NCBI GenBank assembly: GCA_030646955.1
Contig: JAUSKM010000035.1
Span: 3,944-67,943, forward strand
Source: a bacterium
GTDB taxonomy: Bacteria; Patescibacteriota; Patescibacteriia; JACPHY01
Reading direction: 5' to 3'
DNA length: 64,000 bases
Position numbers and translations under genes: made by a program. Below are positions 10,048 through 19,779 of this stretch, piece after piece (position 1 is the stretch's first letter; every line of letters starts with the position of its first letter). The notes under the pieces are model-generated. The model saw nothing but the letters and a program-made list of their open reading frames with translations. It was not told the DNA's origin and did no database searches.

Positions 10048-11037
10048 ATGACCATCACAATTCTTGGTGCGGGAAACATGGGATGTGCGCTCGCGACGAT
10101 GCTCGCCGCGAATCGGCATCGTGTTCAACTGTGGTCGGTGGAAGCCGATGTCGTGCAGGATATTGAGCGGCATCATCGCACAGAGAAATATCTTCCAGGT
10201 ATCACGTTGGATGTGCGACGTATTCGCGCGACAGGGGACCTGGCAGCGGCATGTCGGGAGGCGGACGGTATTGTTGTGGCGGTACCGTCGCATGTCGTGG
10301 CCGCGGTTGCGCGTGATGCACGGCCGTTCCTGGCGGCGCGTGTGCCGGTGCTCTGCATCGCGAAGGGTATTGATGCACAGACGAATGCACCGCTGCCGTT
10401 TGTGCTTGCTGGTGCGCTGGGGCGGCAGCGTGGCGGCATCTGCGGGCTTGCGGGTCCGGCAGTGGCGGCGGAGTTTGTTCGGGGCACGCCGACGGCCGTG
10501 CTTGTTGCCGGATCGCCATCCGCCGCGGGCTTCTGGCAGCGTGTGTTTGCGCGGCCAACGTTCCATGTGCAGCGAAGCTCGGATGTCGTTGGTGTCTCCT
10601 GGGCAGCTGCGCTCAAGAACGTGTACGCCATTGCACTGGGGATGTGCGATGGCATGCAGTATGCGATGAACACGAAGGCACTGCTCGTTGAGCGGGCAAT
10701 CGCGGAGATGACGACGGTGCTGCGGCGCGTGCGTGCGCGGCCGGAGACGGTGTACGGTCTCGCAGGCATTGGCGACCTTGTGACGACGGGGTTCTCCGCG
10801 CACGGACGCAATCGCCAATTTGGTGAGCGTATCTGTGCAGGTGCGGATTGCGATATCCCTGCGGTGCTCGCCGTCACCACCGTCGAAGGCGTCGCGTGCG
10901 TTGCTGTCGTCCACGCGTGGGCGCAGCGTCATGGCGTGGCGCTTCCGCTCCTGGAGACCGTGTGGCGCGTCTGTCATCGGCATGCAGACCCCTGCCGGGC
11001 GTTAGAGCGGTACCTCCGCACCGCATATCAGGATTGA
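10048..11037 (+). CDS. gpsA: NAD(P)H-dependent glycerol-3-phosphate dehydrogenase
   Basis: ILGAGNMG, KYLPG, ALKNVYAI, GLAGIGDLVTT, HGRNRQFG, VEG. Confidence 0.93.
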   Translation: MTITILGAGNMGCALATMLAANRHRVQLWSVEADVVQDIERHHRTEKYLPGITLDVRRIRATGDLAAACREADGIVVAVPSHVVAAVARDARPFLAARVPVLCIAKGIDAQTNAPLPFVLAGALGRQRGGICGLAGPAVAAEFVRGTPTAVLVAGSPSAAGFWQRVFARPTFHVQRSSDVVGVSWAAALKNVYAIALGMCDGMQYAMNTKALLVERAIAEMTTVLRRVRARPETVYGLAGIGDLVTTGFSAHGRNRQFGERICAGADCDIPAVLAVTTVEGVACVAVVHAWAQRHGVALPLLETVWRVCHRHADPCRALERYLRTAYQD

Positions 11038-11070
11038 CGAACGGAGAGCGCCGTACTACGATACAGTTCT

Positions 11071-11454
11071 ATGAAGAAGTCCATGATCATCGGTGTGCTC
11101 GGCGCATTGGTGCTGCTCGGTGGCGCAATCTTTTTCACGTCGCGCGGCAAACAGAATCCAGCAGCGGAGGCGTTGGCGTTGTGCCTCAAAGAAAAGGGCG
11201 TCGTTGAGTACGGTGCGTACTGGTGCCCGAATTGTCAGGAGCAGAAACAGCGGTTTGGCAGCGGCGCTAAGCTCATCGACTATGTGGAATGTGCGATGCC
11301 GGGCAATCCGCGCGCGCAGTCGCCCAAGTGCCAAGCTGCGGGCATCACCGGGTACCCCACATGGGTCTTTCCTGACGGGAATCGTCTCGTCGGTCTCCAG
11401 TCCCTCGAGCGCCTCGCCGAGGCCGCGGGGTGTGCGTATGCGCCGGCGAAGTAA
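11071..11454 (+). CDS. Membrane-anchored thioredoxin-like protein, likely VKOR partner
   Basis: YGAYWCPNCQEQK..FG, YVEC, ITGYPTW; adjacent to VKOR. Confidence 0.85.
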   Translation: MKKSMIIGVLGALVLLGGAIFFTSRGKQNPAAEALALCLKEKGVVEYGAYWCPNCQEQKQRFGSGAKLIDYVECAMPGNPRAQSPKCQAAGITGYPTWVFPDGNRLVGLQSLERLAEAAGCAYAPAK

Positions 11455-11463
11455 CGCCATGGT

Positions 11464-11967
11464 ATGAAGCGGCTCCTCCTTGCGATGATGACGTTGGCCG
11501 GGTTGGGTGTCGTTGTTGCGGGATATGGATTGTGGCAGCATTACGCGCCCGTTGGTTCGACGTTTTGCAATATCAATGAGACGTTTTCGTGCGATATCGT
11601 GAATAAGAGTGCGTGGTCTGAACTGTTTGGGATTCCCGTTGCGGCGATCGGGATACTGGGCTTCCTGGTCATCGGCGCACTCGCCGCGTCCGCGCGGCAG
11701 GCCGCGGTTGCTGCGCGACCGCAAGACGAGCGACAGACGGTGGTCGTCCTGGCCGTGCTTGCGGTCGCGGGGCTCATCTTCCAGGTGTGCTTGACGTACA
11801 TTGAGCTCTTCGTGATTGGGGCGGTGTGCCCCGTCTGTATCGTGTCACAGGTGCTCATTCTCGGCATTGCCGTGCTGGCAGTGATCGCGTGGCGTTTGCA
11901 TGTGCGCGGGAACGTGGCCGCGCAGCATGAAGCACCCCTCCCGGGAGGGGGAGGGGTGGAGCGCTAG
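11464..11967 (+). CDS. Vitamin K epoxide reductase (VKOR) family protein
   Basis: Loop cysteines CNINETFSCDIV, FGIPVA, CPVC active site. Confidence 0.92.
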   Translation: MKRLLLAMMTLAGLGVVVAGYGLWQHYAPVGSTFCNINETFSCDIVNKSAWSELFGIPVAAIGILGFLVIGALAASARQAAVAARPQDERQTVVVLAVLAVAGLIFQVCLTYIELFVIGAVCPVCIVSQVLILGIAVLAVIAWRLHVRGNVAAQHEAPLPGGGGVER

Positions 11968-12266
11968 TTCGGGTGCCAGTCGAGCGTGCCGAAGATGAAG
12001 AGGTCTTCTTGTTGCTGGACGATCTGGACATGTCCGTAGTGTTCGCGAAGGATGGTCTGCGCGAGGAGGTACGGGAGGTAGAGCGTGTTGCATTGTGCCA
12101 GCATCGATCCGCTGACGTCGAGGAGCGATATGATGCTGGCGAGCTGTGGAGTGGCGACGTGTTGTGTATGTCGCAGTCCATGGAACAGCATGAGGAATGA
12201 CGTGGTGGCACCATGCGCATTGAGCATGGTTCGGAGACGCATTCCGGCAGAAATAACGCTGGGCAT
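11964..12266 (-). CDS. Hypothetical protein
   Basis: 100-aa ORF with GAGG upstream; fills the gap between VKOR and tRNA-Ser; no recognised family. Confidence 0.4.
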   Translation of the reverse strand: MPSVISAGMRLRTMLNAHGATTSFLMLFHGLRHTQHVATPQLASIISLLDVSGSMLAQCNTLYLPYLLAQTILREHYGHVQIVQQQEDLFIFGTLDWHPN

Positions 12267-12310
12267 GCAAACCTCGTCGGAAGGTGCTGGTCCGAGTATA
12301 CACGGTCGTA

Positions 12311-12339
12311 TTGATTGCGGCAAGCGGTTGCGCTACGCT
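12311..12339 (+). promoter_or_regulatory. Sigma70-type promoter of tRNA-Ser
   Basis: TTGATT-N17-TACGCT ending 9 nt before the tRNA. Confidence 0.5.
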
Positions 12340-12348
12340 GGACGTGAT

Positions 12349-12433
12349 GGTGGGATGGCCGAGTGGCCGATGGCGCACGCTTGGAAAGCGTGTGTACCGC
12401 AAGGTACCGTGGGTTCGAATCCCACTCCCACCG
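12349..12433 (+). tRNA. tRNA-Ser (GGA); CCA not encoded
   Basis: Acceptor GGTGGGA/TCCCACC, anticodon arm cacgc-ttGGAaa-gcgtg, long variable arm gtacc-gcaa-ggtac, GTTCGAATC T-loop. Confidence 0.96.
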
Positions 12434-12457
12434 TTTTTGATATTGCATGATTGCCCT

Positions 12458-13075
12458 ATGAAGAAGCGCGGCGCGGAGTTCCGACATTTGTTTTTGCGGG
12501 ACATGAATCCCGTGGTTCGGCTGCTCATTATTTCGGATGTCGTCATCATGGGAGCTGCGGGATTGTTCGGTCCGATTTTCGCATTGTTCGTGGAGGACTT
12601 CATCGTGGGAGGGAATGAGGCAGTTGCGGGGATTGCGGCCGGCGTCTACCTCTTTACCAAGAGCACGCTCCAGATTCCGATTGCCCACCTCATTGATCGC
12701 ATTCGCGGTGAGCGCGATGATTTCTGGTTGCTATTTGTGTTCTCGATGCTCATGGGATTGGTGCCGCTGCTCTACCTGGTGATTCGGACGCCGATTCAGC
12801 TCTACGCGGTGCAGTTGGTGCTTGGAATCTTTACCGCGTTCACGTTCCCCACGTTCATGGCGATGTTTACGCGACACATTGATCGTGCGAAGGAGGGGAC
12901 CGAGTGGGGTGTGTATTTCACGCTCGTGGACATGATGAGCGCCACGTTCGCGGTGGTGGGTGGATATGTTGCGGTGTCCGAGGGGTTCCCTGCCCTCATT
13001 ACGGTTGTCGTCATTCTTTCATTTATCGGTTCGTTGCTGCTCTGGCCGATCAGGCCATACATGCGGAAACGATAG
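12458..13075 (+). CDS. Half-size MFS transporter (about 6 TM)
   Basis: PIFALFV, motif-A-like AHLIDRIRG, FTRHIDRAKEGTEWG. Confidence 0.8.
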   Translation: MKKRGAEFRHLFLRDMNPVVRLLIISDVVIMGAAGLFGPIFALFVEDFIVGGNEAVAGIAAGVYLFTKSTLQIPIAHLIDRIRGERDDFWLLFVFSMLMGLVPLLYLVIRTPIQLYAVQLVLGIFTAFTFPTFMAMFTRHIDRAKEGTEWGVYFTLVDMMSATFAVVGGYVAVSEGFPALITVVVILSFIGSLLLWPIRPYMRKR

Positions 13076-13087
13076 CAATACCTGCTC

Positions 13088-13125
13088 CGCACCGCTTGTC
13101 TCCGAGGAGACAAGCGGTGCGTTTT
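13088..13125 (+). terminator. Intrinsic terminator
   Basis: cgcaccgcttgtctcc-ga-ggagacaagcggtgcg followed by TTTT. Confidence 0.7.
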
Positions 13126-13143
13126 GTGTTATCCTTTCACGGT

Positions 13144-13713
13144 ATGCAGCGAGCATTCATCGTCCATGGGTGGCGGGGACACCCATTGGATGGGTGGTTT
13201 CCGTGGTTGCGCGCCGAGTTGGAGCGTGAGGGATTTTCGGTACAGGTGCCGCTCATGCGGTCGCCGTACCTGCCAACCCGAGAGACGTGGGTTCCGGCGT
13301 TACGCGCGCACATTGGTACGCCGACGGACGAGACCTATCTTGTGGGGTACTCGCTCGGATGTATCACCGTTCTGCGATACCTCGAGTCGCTGGGCGTGCA
13401 GCATCGCGTTGGTGGTGTGGTGCTCATTGCCGGATTCACGGACGATTTGGGGTACGCGGAGTTATTGGAGAGTTACTTTCCGTATCCACTTGCGTGGGAA
13501 CATGTGCGCGCTCGCTCGTTGAACGGATTCATTGCAATTTCTTCCGATAACGATCAGTATGTTCCATTGACACATGCAGACGTTTTTCGGCAGCAACTCC
13601 ACGCGACACTCATCGTGTTACACGGGATGCGTCATTTTGAAGAATCGACAGGCATCCGTGAATTTCCTGAAGCCCGCGACGCGGTACTGCGGCTGGCAGG
13701 ATTTTCGCGCTAG
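13144..13713 (+). CDS. RBBP9/YdeN-family alpha/beta hydrolase
   Basis: FIVHGW, WFPWL, nucleophile elbow GYSLG, SDNDQYVP, HF. Confidence 0.88.
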   Translation: MQRAFIVHGWRGHPLDGWFPWLRAELEREGFSVQVPLMRSPYLPTRETWVPALRAHIGTPTDETYLVGYSLGCITVLRYLESLGVQHRVGGVVLIAGFTDDLGYAELLESYFPYPLAWEHVRARSLNGFIAISSDNDQYVPLTHADVFRQQLHATLIVLHGMRHFEESTGIREFPEARDAVLRLAGFSR

Positions 13714-13809
13714 CGATCTTCGGGACAGGCGGCGTTCTCCTTGCTACGGTGAAGGAGGGATGAACGGGCGCATTGACGTTGTGGGACGCTGTGCGATACT
13801 GCGGGGCAT

Positions 13810-14718
13810 ATGGCATGGTTCACGCGATTCGGAATTGTAGCGGCCCTCGCACTCCTGGGTTGGTTTGGGTGGGCTGGGCGCGAGGCGTATATTGCTGAGA
13901 CACCAGCAGGTGTCTCGGTGATTGTGCGTGCGGAATCGCCGGAACCTGCAGCGGATGCGGCGTTACCCGTACCCGAAGCGGAAGGGGCGCTAGCAACGCA
14001 GGATCCCGCACCCGCTTCATCAGTACCACCGGTAGTGCGTCCTGCTCCTGCGCAAACGCCTCCTCCCGCACCTCGTCCAACACCTGCACCGGCATCACCC
14101 CCACCACCCGTTCAAGTGGAGCAGCAGGGAACGTCCGATGCGCCGCGCGTCGTGCGTCTCACGGTTCCGTTCGTTTCCCAGGCACCCTATCGCATCTGGC
14201 TGCCACCGTACAAAGAGTTCTGCGAGGAAGCATCCGTGTACACGATGCACCTCTTCCTCCAGGGCATGCCCGTCGGGAGCGCGAGTGATTTGGATGCGGC
14301 GCTCCAGGACATCCAGCGATGGGAGATCGAGCACATTGGATACTGGGAGGACACCACCGCAGCCGAGACCGTGCGTATTTTGCGGGAGAAATTTGGGTAT
14401 ACCAACGCGCGGGTCATTCCAGATGTAACGCAGGCTATGATCAAGGAGCGGATTGCTGCCGGCAGACCAGTCATCGTTCCCCTCCGCGGGCAGGAGGTGG
14501 ACTCCCCGTACTACACGCCGCCGGGTCCTCTCTATCACATGCTCGTCATCATCGGGTACGATGATGCAACGGGGGAGTGGATTACGAATGATGTAGGCAC
14601 GAACACGAAGGGCGCGGGACAGCGGTATGCCTACGACGATCTTTACGATGCGCTGGCGGATTGGTCGCATGAAGATGGTGCGCCCATCGGGGGGAAGATG
14701 ATGATCGTGGTGGAATAA
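13810..14718 (+). CDS. Membrane-anchored peptidase C39-like protein with Pro-rich linker
   Basis: VPFVSQAP, FCEEAS (Cys), HMLVIIGYD (His), ITNDVGT. Confidence 0.82.
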   Translation: MAWFTRFGIVAALALLGWFGWAGREAYIAETPAGVSVIVRAESPEPAADAALPVPEAEGALATQDPAPASSVPPVVRPAPAQTPPPAPRPTPAPASPPPPVQVEQQGTSDAPRVVRLTVPFVSQAPYRIWLPPYKEFCEEASVYTMHLFLQGMPVGSASDLDAALQDIQRWEIEHIGYWEDTTAAETVRILREKFGYTNARVIPDVTQAMIKERIAAGRPVIVPLRGQEVDSPYYTPPGPLYHMLVIIGYDDATGEWITNDVGTNTKGAGQRYAYDDLYDALADWSHEDGAPIGGKMMIVVE

Positions 14719-14730
14719 CGGTACGCATGT

Positions 14731-15243
14731 ATGACCGCATCGGTGCTGGTTGGCGGTGCGCTTTTTGTGCTGCTCATGGTGACGCTCGTCACCTTCGCAT
14801 ACGCCGGGCTGCGCGCGGCACCGTGGGTACCTACACGCACAGGAGATGTGGAGCGATTCGTGCGCATGGCGCGTCTCCGGCCTGGCGAGCGGTTCTACGA
14901 TATCGGGTGCGGCGATGGGCGCCTCGTTTCCGCCGCGGCACACGCGGGCGCGGATGCGGTGGGATTCGAATGCTCCCTGTTGCCCTACGCGCTTTCCTGG
15001 CTGCGTCCGGGCGCGCGCGGCCGTGTGCGCTATCGTGATTTTTGGCATCAGCCCCTCCATGACGCTGATGTCATCTACTGCTGGCTCATGCCCGGGGTGT
15101 ATCCCAAACTCAAGGCGAAGTTCGAACGTGAATGCAGGCCCGGAACGCGCATCGTACTCTACGTTTGGCCAATGGAAGGATGGGCACCGCACGAAGTAGA
15201 TATCGCGGAGGGAAGTCCGAAATTGTACGCGTATACACTATGA
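14731..15243 (+). CDS. Class I SAM-dependent methyltransferase with N-terminal TM
   Basis: APWVPT, YDIGCGDGR, ADVIYCWL. Confidence 0.88.
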   Translation: MTASVLVGGALFVLLMVTLVTFAYAGLRAAPWVPTRTGDVERFVRMARLRPGERFYDIGCGDGRLVSAAAHAGADAVGFECSLLPYALSWLRPGARGRVRYRDFWHQPLHDADVIYCWLMPGVYPKLKAKFERECRPGTRIVLYVWPMEGWAPHEVDIAEGSPKLYAYTL

Positions 15244-15620
15244 AAATCGTGCTCACGGCCACCGATCAGGCGATGCAGTTCATGCGTCGGGCGGGATACG
15301 GGTACCAGAAGGAAAACGGCGGTGAGGTTGCGTTCATTCGGCGTGTTGGTGGCTCGGATTTCCCGCGGTACCATGCGTACGTTGTGGAAACAGGGAACAC
15401 GGAACGAGGGACAAGGAACCTCCAGATTAATCTCCATGTGGACCAGAAGGCGCCGACGTATGGGAGCGGAAAGGCGCACAGTGGCGAGTATAATGGGTCG
15501 CTCGTGGAGCAGGAGGGAGCGCGCCTGCGCGGACTGGTGACGATGCGTCCTGAAGAGCGGAGTACAGAGAGCGGAGAGCAGGAAGGGAAGAAGGGATTTT
15601 TCGGCCGTCTGTTTTCTTAG
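15240..15620 (+). CDS. Conserved hypothetical protein
   Basis: ATGA overlap with the upstream gene; FPRYHAY, NLHVDQK, AHSGEY motifs. Confidence 0.75.
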   Translation: MKIVLTATDQAMQFMRRAGYGYQKENGGEVAFIRRVGGSDFPRYHAYVVETGNTERGTRNLQINLHVDQKAPTYGSGKAHSGEYNGSLVEQEGARLRGLVTMRPEERSTESGEQEGKKGFFGRLFS

Positions 15621-15649
15621 CGTGCAGCTGTCGGCCTGTAACTCTCCGT

Positions 15650-17539
15650 GTGTCTACCACCGACGACATCAAAGCGAAGATCGATCTCGTGGACTATCTC
15701 CGCGAGCAGGGATTGGTGCTCAAGCAAGCGGGGCAAAGCTTTAAGGCGTGCTGTCCGTTTCACAATGAGAAGTCGCCGTCCTTCATGGTGAACCGACAGA
15801 AGCAGGTGTGGTTCTGCTTCGGGTGCTCCAAGGGCGGCGATCTGTTTTCGTACGTGCAAGAGCGGGAAGGGTTGGAGTTTGGTGAGACGCTGCGGTTGCT
15901 CGCCGAGCGCGCCGGCGTGCAGTTGGAGGCGCGTGATCCGCGTTTGGAGGGCGCCAAGACGCGTGCGCTCACGGTGCTAGAGGCCGCGACGACGTTCTTC
16001 CAGCGGACGTTGCAGCAATCGACGGTTGCGCAGCAGTACGTTGCGCGCCGCGGGATTTCGGATGCGATGCTGACACAATTTCAGATCGGCTACGCGCCGG
16101 ATCGTTGGGATACGCTCTCGACGCATCTCATGCAGCAGGGATTCCGAACGCAGGAGATCGTAGACGCGGGAATGGCGCTCCCAAGCCGCAAACAGACATC
16201 AGATGTTGAAGACGCGAATGGCGGCATGCAGGCGGGGTCGCGTATCTACGATCGCTTTCGACATCGGCTCATGTTTCCCATCCACGATGTGCATGGACGG
16301 GTGATCGGATTCACGGGGCGAATCCTCGATGGCGGTACGACAAGTGGGGATGCCCCTGCCAAGTATGTGAATACGCCAGAGTCGCCGGTGTACAAGAAGC
16401 AGGCGGTCGTGTACGGACTCGTGTTCGCAAAAGAGGCAATTCGGACCGCGGGGTACGCGTTGCTCGTGGAGGGGCAGATGGATGTGGTAACATCACACGC
16501 GGCGGGGCTTGCGCAGACCGTAGCAACATCCGGTACCGCATTCACGGAGCAACAGCTTCGACTGCTCAAGCGGTTCACCGAGCGTCTCCATCTCGCGTTT
16601 GATGCGGACAGTGCGGGGCAGGACGCGGCGATGCGCAGTATTGATGCGGCGCTGGACGCCGGGTTCGACGTGCGTGTGGTGCAGGCGCCGCGGCATGCAG
16701 ACGGCACGCCGATAGGGAAGGATGCGGACGAGTGCTTGCGCGCGGACGCGGATGCGTGGCGTGCGGCGGTTGCGAATGCGCCGGCGGTGTTGGACCACAC
16801 GATCGCCCGTGTCCGTACGACGTTCGACTGTACGACGCCAACCGGAAAACGTGACGCAGGCCACATGCTCCTGGATCGACTCCAGCACGTTGCCGATCCC
16901 ATTGAACGTGCGGCGTGGATCGCGCGCAGTGCGGATGCGATTGGCGTGCCGGAGTCAGCGCTCCGTGAGGTGGTGAACGCAGCCGTGCGTCGCGCGCGAC
17001 AGCAGCCGCGTGCGGCAGGTGCTGCCGGGCCAACTGACCGTGGTCGGCAACTCCAAGGGGGCACAAGCGCGGCGCCCGTGGCTGATCCGGCGGAGCGGTT
17101 TGGCAATCGTCTCCTCGCGCTCATGTTGCGCCATCGGGAGCAGACACAGGTGGTCTTTGACCGGTTCCCTGTGGATAACCTTCCGTCCAATCGACAGCAA
17201 GAATTGTACAAAACGCTACAGATCAGCTACGCTAAGCAGGAGTCGCTCCATTCAGCGAATTTTGCTGATGCAGAGCAACGCGGATATGTTGAGCGCCTGG
17301 AGCTCTTTGCGGATCGTGAATTTTCGGATTTGCGCGATGCGTCGATCGTACGAGAAATCGACCAGTGCGTCCGCGAGCTCCGCCGCTTCGCCATTACTCG
17401 GCAGCTCCACGGTATTGCCCAGCGTCTGAAAGGACTCGAGCACGAACGCGCACCTGACGGCGCGCGTGATGAGGTGCTTGAGCTTGAACACGCATTTCTT
17501 CAGCTCACGAATGAACTCTCATCGCTCCACTCGGGGTGA
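15650..17539 (+). CDS. dnaG: DNA primase
   Basis: CHC2 zinc finger CPFHNEKSPSF...CFGC, YDRFRHRLMFPI, KYVNTPE, TOPRIM VEGQMDV, FDADSAG, KDADE. Confidence 0.97.
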   Translation: MSTTDDIKAKIDLVDYLREQGLVLKQAGQSFKACCPFHNEKSPSFMVNRQKQVWFCFGCSKGGDLFSYVQEREGLEFGETLRLLAERAGVQLEARDPRLEGAKTRALTVLEAATTFFQRTLQQSTVAQQYVARRGISDAMLTQFQIGYAPDRWDTLSTHLMQQGFRTQEIVDAGMALPSRKQTSDVEDANGGMQAGSRIYDRFRHRLMFPIHDVHGRVIGFTGRILDGGTTSGDAPAKYVNTPESPVYKKQAVVYGLVFAKEAIRTAGYALLVEGQMDVVTSHAAGLAQTVATSGTAFTEQQLRLLKRFTERLHLAFDADSAGQDAAMRSIDAALDAGFDVRVVQAPRHADGTPIGKDADECLRADADAWRAAVANAPAVLDHTIARVRTTFDCTTPTGKRDAGHMLLDRLQHVADPIERAAWIARSADAIGVPESALREVVNAAVRRARQQPRAAGAAGPTDRGRQLQGGTSAAPVADPAERFGNRLLALMLRHREQTQVVFDRFPVDNLPSNRQQELYKTLQISYAKQESLHSANFADAEQRGYVERLELFADREFSDLRDASIVREIDQCVRELRRFAITRQLHGIAQRLKGLEHERAPDGARDEVLELEHAFLQLTNELSSLHSG

Positions 17540-17595
17540 GTAGGGACATGTGAACGCCTCACGGGCGCTGCCTGGGAGGTGAGTATGCATTTGGT

Positions 17596-18906
17596 ATGGC
17601 GCACAAGAAGACCAAAGCGATGAAGCGGCGCGTCGTCGCGCCGAAGAAGAAGGGCACCATGAAGAAGGTGGTGCCGAAGAAGCGGCCCGCAGCGAAGAAG
17701 CGTGCGCCGATTACGAGGCATCCGGTCGTCAGGAAGATGGCGCCGAAGGTGAAAGCGGCACCGACGCCAATGCCAAAGCCGCGCGTTGTCGCGCTTCCTG
17801 TCGCGCCGCCAAAGGAAGCGATGGATATCCTTGTTCAGAAGGGGCAGGTTCGGAATTTTATTACCGAGACGGAATTGCTCTACGCCTTCCGAGAGCTGGA
17901 GGAGCATATTGTTGAGTTTGAAGATTTCTTGGATCACCTCGAGCGCATCGGTATCCAGATTATCGAGACGGGCGGCGAGGTGCTGGGTCGGCGTGAAGAG
18001 ATCCATGGGGTGGTACATCGCGGGAAAGAAACGAAGGGCGGCAAGAAATCCAAAAAGACGAAGCGCGCTGAAATCCCGGAGCTCACTGCGGATTCTATTC
18101 AGATGTACCTTCGCGAGATCGGACGCGTGCCGCTCCTGACACCAAAGGAGGAGGTGCAGCTCGCTAAGCGAAAGGACCGGAATGATCGTGAGGCAGCAAA
18201 GCGCCTCATCGAGGCGAACCTGCGACTCGTCGTCTCCATTGCCAAGAAGTTCGTCGGCAAGCAGCTCTCGCTTCTGGATCTTATCCAAGAGGGCAACATC
18301 GGACTTTTCCGCGCGGTGGAGAAATTTGACTACCGCTAAGGATACAAGTTTTCCACGTATGCGACATGGTGGATTCGTCAATCCATCACGCGTGCGCTCG
18401 CAGACCAGTCCCGCACCATTCGCATCCCCGTGCACATGGTGGAGACCATTAACAAGTTCCAGCAGATTGAGCGTCGGCTCATTCAGGACCTTGGCCGCGA
18501 GCCGATGCCGGAGGAAATTGCATCGGAAATGGGCGAGCCGATTGACAAGGTGAACCACATCATCAAAATTTCCCAGGACACCGTCTCGTTGGAAACATCG
18601 GTGGGCGAGAGCGATGAGGACTCCACGCTTTCGGATTTCATCGAGGATATGCGCACCATGACGCCGGATCGCGCTGCGGCGCTGCAGCTCCTGCGGGATT
18701 ATGTGAAGAACATCGTGAAGGAGCTCACCCCGCGCGAGCAGAAGATTCTCGATATGCGTTTCGGGCTCACGGACGGCGTTCCGCACACGTTGGAGGAGGT
18801 CGGTCGTGAATTTGATGTCACGCGCGAGCGTATCCGCCAGATTGAGGCGAAGGCGCTTGAGCGGATTCAGACCATGCAGGATGTGGAGAAATTGAAGGAC
18901 TACTAG
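17596..18906 (+). pseudogene. rpoD: Primary sigma factor RpoD interrupted by an in-frame TAA at 18337-18339 (nonsense change or sequence error)
   Basis: One reading frame: [84 protein letters not shown]; follows dnaG. Confidence 0.9.
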
Positions 18907-18975
18907 CACGGCATGTGTTGAGCAGATGAACGGAGAGACGCAGATGTCTTTTGGGTACATGGTACGCAGTCATGT

Positions 18976-19779
18976 ATGCAGCAGGAGGTGCGGAGGATTG
19001 GTGTTGCCATGGGCATCGCGGTCGTCGTGCTCGTGGCGGCAGCGGGTGCGTATGTCTGGTATGTACAGCAGCCGGCGGCGATGCCGGAGGTTCCATTAAC
19101 GTTCACGAGTGCGAAAACAATTGAATCATCCGTCGCACATCGCGCCGTTGCGGACCTTCCGGCGGTTGATGGTCTCCCGGATCGCGCGGAGCAGCGTGCA
19201 ATCAATGCGGCAATGCGGCAGCCAATGTTGCAGGCGCTCGCAGCGATCGAGCGCAAGGCGCTTGCAGATCGGCCGGATCTGCACGGCGATGGAATCTATA
19301 CGTTTCGGAGTACGTTCACGGTCGAGCGTTTTACCGATCGAGCGGTGAGCGTTCGGTTTATGACGGAGGAGTACGCGGGCGGTGCGCATCCGCGTACCAC
19401 GGTGTCGGCATACACCTACGACTTTGCGCAGCATCGTGCTGTTGTGCTGGATGATCTGTTTGCCCGGCAGGATGAGCCGTACCTGCTGACGCTGACGCGA
19501 TTGACGAATGGCGCGCTCCTCACGAAGTTTGATTTGGGGAAGGATGCAGATCCGGATCTTGTGGCATGGGTTGATCGAGGAACTGCGCCAGATACGCGCC
19601 ATTTCGAGGTCGTGACGTTCAACGATCGCGGGACGACATTTTGGTTTGACCCCGGCGAGGTCGCCCCGATCGCCGCGGGAGTGCTTGCAGCGGAAATTCC
19701 ATACGAGGAGTTGCGGGGGATTGTCAGAGCGGGTAGTGTGTTGGAAGAGTACCTCGTACAATCTTCTGTTCCGCGGTAG
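18976..19779 (+). CDS. DUF3298/DUF4163 (RsiV/PdaC-like) membrane-anchored protein
   Basis: YAGGAHP, LDDLF, FDPGEVAPIAAG, IPY. Confidence 0.8.
   Translation: MQQEVRRIGVAMGIAVVVLVAAAGAYVWYVQQPAAMPEVPLTFTSAKTIESSVAHRAVADLPAVDGLPDRAEQRAINAAMRQPMLQALAAIERKALADRPDLHGDGIYTFRSTFTVERFTDRAVSVRFMTEEYAGGAHPRTTVSAYTYDFAQHRAVVLDDLFARQDEPYLLTLTRLTNGALLTKFDLGKDADPDLVAWVDRGTAPDTRHFEVVTFNDRGTTFWFDPGEVAPIAAGVLAAEIPYEELRGIVRAGSVLEEYLVQSSVPR

Noticed and set aside
11964-12266. vWA domain suggested by LLDVSGSM
   Set aside because: The motif is mid-ORF and the 100-aa protein is too short for a vWA fold; probably chance or a fragment.
12284-12457. N-terminal extension of the MFS ORF in the ORF track
   Set aside because: It overlaps tRNA-Ser; the start at 12458 is more plausible.
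17170-17178. DnaA box inside dnaG and other isolated boxes as an oriC
   Set aside because: Single dispersed boxes with no cluster, no AT-rich unwinding element and no dnaA/dnaN nearby.
18337-18339. Alternative genetic code as the explanation for the rpoD stop
   Set aside because: TAA, TAG and TGA all terminate conserved genes at the expected positions (gatA and mraZ TAA; ligA, queA and rsmH TGA); no other in-frame stop was found.
18430-18906. Separate small sigma factor gene
   Set aside because: It is the in-frame continuation of rpoD (regions 3-4) and lacks region 2.
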